A DNA stretch of 64,000 bases from Proteromonas lacertae. Taxonomy: Eukaryota. The notes under the pieces are model-generated. The model made no database searches. It was not told the origin of the DNA and worked only from the letters and a program-made list of their open reading frames with translations. This document shows, piece after piece, positions 60,962 to 64,000 of the stretch (positions are counted from its first letter, which is position 1; each line of letters starts with the position of its first letter). Made by a program: the position numbers and the translations under genes. The stretch lies in NCBI GenBank assembly GCA_002245135.1, contig NGBS01000296.1, positions 62,001 through 126,000 on the forward strand, read 5' to 3'.

Positions 60962-61135
60962 GTTATAATATTAAAAAAACTGGGGAACTTACAGTTGCTA
61001 TGAAACACTTAAATAAAAAAAATAAAAAGATCCGTATTTAATAATCAATAGATATTTTGGATAACTGAATGAAAACTGAAGGCTCGTTAGGCTTGATAAT
61101 TTATTTTGATAAATTGTGTTTATAGAAATCTAGAG

Positions 61136-63602
61136 ATGCATATTGTGTTAAGTATTATATTAATAATATTTAATAATAGGTATTGTGATAATATTAGCAA
61201 TAATAAGTATAAAATGTATAGCTTCTAACATTAAGAGCAGAAATGATGATTTTATTGATATAATAAATCGAGAAGGAGTTGTGTATATGAATCATGGATA
61301 TGATGTTGAAATGGATGAATGGAAAGCAGTAATTCCAAAATTCAGTGTTTTGATAGGCAAAGGTGAGTTGACAACCATAAAACTGATATATGATGGATCA
61401 AGTAGTAATGTGTTGACTGTATTTGAATCATTGAAATCAGTCAGTCTATATCATATTTATTTTACAGTATTTTCATATGGTTTAGATTTAACTCTGAGTG
61501 ATAGTATAATAAAAGAAATGGTTGATAGTTATATATATGATATGCATATAAATTTTGATATAGAAACAGTGAATATAATATCCGATAAACCAAATTCAAT
61601 ATTATGTAAATCGATAATTAGTTCAACCTTATTTCACATAGGACTATATTTTAATAATATGAAAATAAGTCTGAATAATGAAGATAGTAATTTTGGAATG
61701 ATGGGTAACAGTATTTCATCACGAGATAATAAAGAAATAAGTGGAATATTCGTAAAAGGCAAAAGACTTTCAGTTATAACAAAGAATAGTGTTTATTTTA
61801 GTAGTTGGTTTTACAATGCTAATAACATAACAATTTCCAATTCATTTGTTGATATTGATAGTGTATCATTAGAAGGTAATAGTGAATGGGGTATGGGTAT
61901 AGGAATGAGTTCTTCAGGAATAGAAATATTTCAATCGTTTATAAATATTCGAAAATCATTAGTGATTGAATGTGAAATTGGTTGTAGTTATGGAAGTTTG
62001 ATAAATTTGGCTCGAAATAATAATGTAAAGATAATTGAGTGTTGGATTCAAACGACAATCGAAAGATTAGAATCAAAGAAATTATATTTTGGAGGATTTA
62101 TAAATGATCTAAAATGTAATAATTTTGTAACAGAAAATAGTTATATATTTATATCCTTTATAAAAACTCATATTGGAGTTGATTATATCAAGTTTGGTTT
62201 ATTATTAAACAAAATGGATATTTCAAACTATTCATCCATAATGAACAGTGTATCAACAGTTGGTATATATGATATAATATCAATCCAATTTACCATATAT
62301 GATGTATATACTTCTAATAAAGATCAATTGAAGAAATATTTGAAGATATTTTCTGTCTATTTCAATGAGAATGGTTTAGTTAATTGTAATTATGAATCTA
62401 ATTTAGGAATAGATGTTAATAGTTTATCTATAATTGAAGATAAAACAAATGGATATAAAATTTCTTCAAACCATAATTTCATTTATTATATGGGAATGCC
62501 TTATTATGAAAATGATAGAATAATTGATGAAGAAAGATGTTATGAATCAATAGATATATCATTTGATAATAAGAATAATGTGAAATATTTGAACCAATCG
62601 AATATTCTTATGAAATCCTATATTCCCAATTATTATTTAGATAATAATGATTATGAATTTGAAATATATTTATTTCCGAAAGATTCAAGATATTATGATG
62701 ATGCATTAATCATCCAATCTGAATGTGAATCTCATATCGAGACCAGTTTAAAATATCCATTAGCATTATATCATCCAAAACAAGAAAATTATTATAATAA
62801 CAACCAAATCATAATGAAATTTTCTAAACTAACTCCATTTGAGTTATCATTTCTGATATATCACTCTTATGAATGTAAAATAAAAGGATTTGTAAATAAT
62901 AAATTATCAGAAGAAATGGAAATAAGAATCAAAATATATCGATTTGATTATCTTCCTTTAGTTATATTGAGTGTTATACAGATAATACTTATATCTATAT
63001 TATTTGTATTAATAACACACAATAATAAAGGAATTGAATATATAAAGAAACATACAGATAATGAAGAGCGTGATATTCCACTGTTTATAAGTTTAATGTT
63101 TATTTCCATGCCAATTATAGTTGGATTTATGGTGATTGTTACATGTTCATTAACTTATCTATTACCAATGATAATATTTTCACCACTTTATATATGTATT
63201 ATTGTGATAATAAAAAAGAATAAATATGAAGGAAATAAAAAAGATTTACTTCAATTTTTGTTATTTTTGTTAGGAGTATTAGGAATAGGTGGAATAATTA
63301 TTTTATATTTTACAACAAATTATTGGTTGATAATAAATACTGATATTGGTTTAACTATAATAATTGCTGATGGAGTTAGTTGTGGTATTGGACTTGGTTA
63401 TTCTTTGATGTTGTTAATAGGTTATGGTTTTTATCAGTTCTATTCTAAAAAGAAAGAAGAAGTAGTAGATGGTATGAAAGTAATACTTTTGGAAGAAGAA
63501 GTACATGAAGATGAAGAAGTACATATAGAAGATGAAATACGTTACTCATTACCTTCATCATATATACCACCAGAAGATAGTTTTACAATGCCATCTTCAT
63601 AA
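61136..63602 (+). CDS. Unknown surface/membrane protein: signal peptide, about 570-aa ectodomain, about 5 C-terminal TM helices
   Basis: ATG 61136 plus a short intron joins the 805-aa ORF; hydrophobicity pattern only. Confidence 0.65.
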
Positions 63603-64000
63603 TTTCAATTAATCAAATTAATAGTTAGTCTTTCTATTGAGTTATTGTAAGGGAATAAAAAAAGAGTTGAACAATAATAAAAACAATAATATTAGCACAT
63701 TCAGAATTTTTCCCTTTACCTTCCTCATAATTGTGCTTATTGATTTATTCATTGATTATAAAATTACAATTTTTGTTGTGTTTTATCATAATGAATTACA
63801 AAAACAAAATAATTGAAGAAAAAATAGAAAAATAAATAGAATATTTTGAATATTTTGGAAATACGAAGAATAAAAGGAAAAATAAACAGAAAATAAATAA
63901 CTAAACGACTAAATATTTTGGAACAGAATAATCTATTTTTGATGAATTCTCTTGTGGATGATATTCTCTTTTCGAAATTACCCTCTGATACTATAGTATT

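Noticed and set aside
1..64000. Prokaryotic or phage origin, CRISPR arrays, tRNA or rRNA genes
   Set aside because: Spliceosomal introns and eukaryote-specific genes occur throughout; no repeat-spacer array, cloverleaf or rRNA-like segment was seen.
1..64000. Stop-codon reassignment (TAA as sense)
   Set aside because: Conserved genes end normally at TAA/TAG/TGA. Internal stops are explained by introns, apart from the single one at 20058.
1..64000. Stop codons created by polyadenylation (known in Blastocystis, with a downstream TGTTTGTT motif)
   Set aside because: All modelled genes have genomic stops and I saw only loose T/G-rich tracts downstream; it cannot be assessed without transcripts.

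Overview
This is very AT-rich, gene-dense eukaryotic nuclear DNA, not prokaryotic. Most genes are split by tiny (about 23-46 nt) GTAT...TAG introns, which explains the fragmented ORF track. Tubular-mastigoneme-type EGF proteins, a U6atac snRNA, a nuclear-encoded mitoribosomal L20 and ~30-nt introns suggest a Blastocystis/Proteromonas-like stramenopile (inference only). Highlights: (1) 118-17821 is a tightly packed, almost intron-free cluster of 11 glycan-building and decorating genes that resembles a bacterial O-antigen/capsule locus fitted with signal anchors. It holds four OafA-like AT3-SGNH O-acetyltransferases, a membrane-anchored WecB epimerase-glycosyltransferase fusion, GT-D, GT-A, GT23 and DUF3405-like transferases, an FkbM methyltransferase and a DUF229 enzyme. 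(2) Two inverted copies of a mastigoneme-like surface protein have an almost nucleotide-identical framework but four swapped hypervariable loops, and are interleaved with a second mosaic inverted gene pair. (3) A U6atac gene carries an altered 5' splice-site-pairing box, and a candidate AT-AA minor intron lies in the same window. (4) Also present: a kinase-LRR gene built of 84-nt-multiple phase-1 exons, a secreted CULT(cereblon)-MRH lectin fusion, and a 376-nt nested foldback behind a transposase-like HTH gene. The remainder is housekeeping (RECQL4, RhoGAP, NIPA, RRP15, MRPL20, THG1, AGC kinase). All exon models were assembled by eye and all family calls rest on motif recognition, not database searches.
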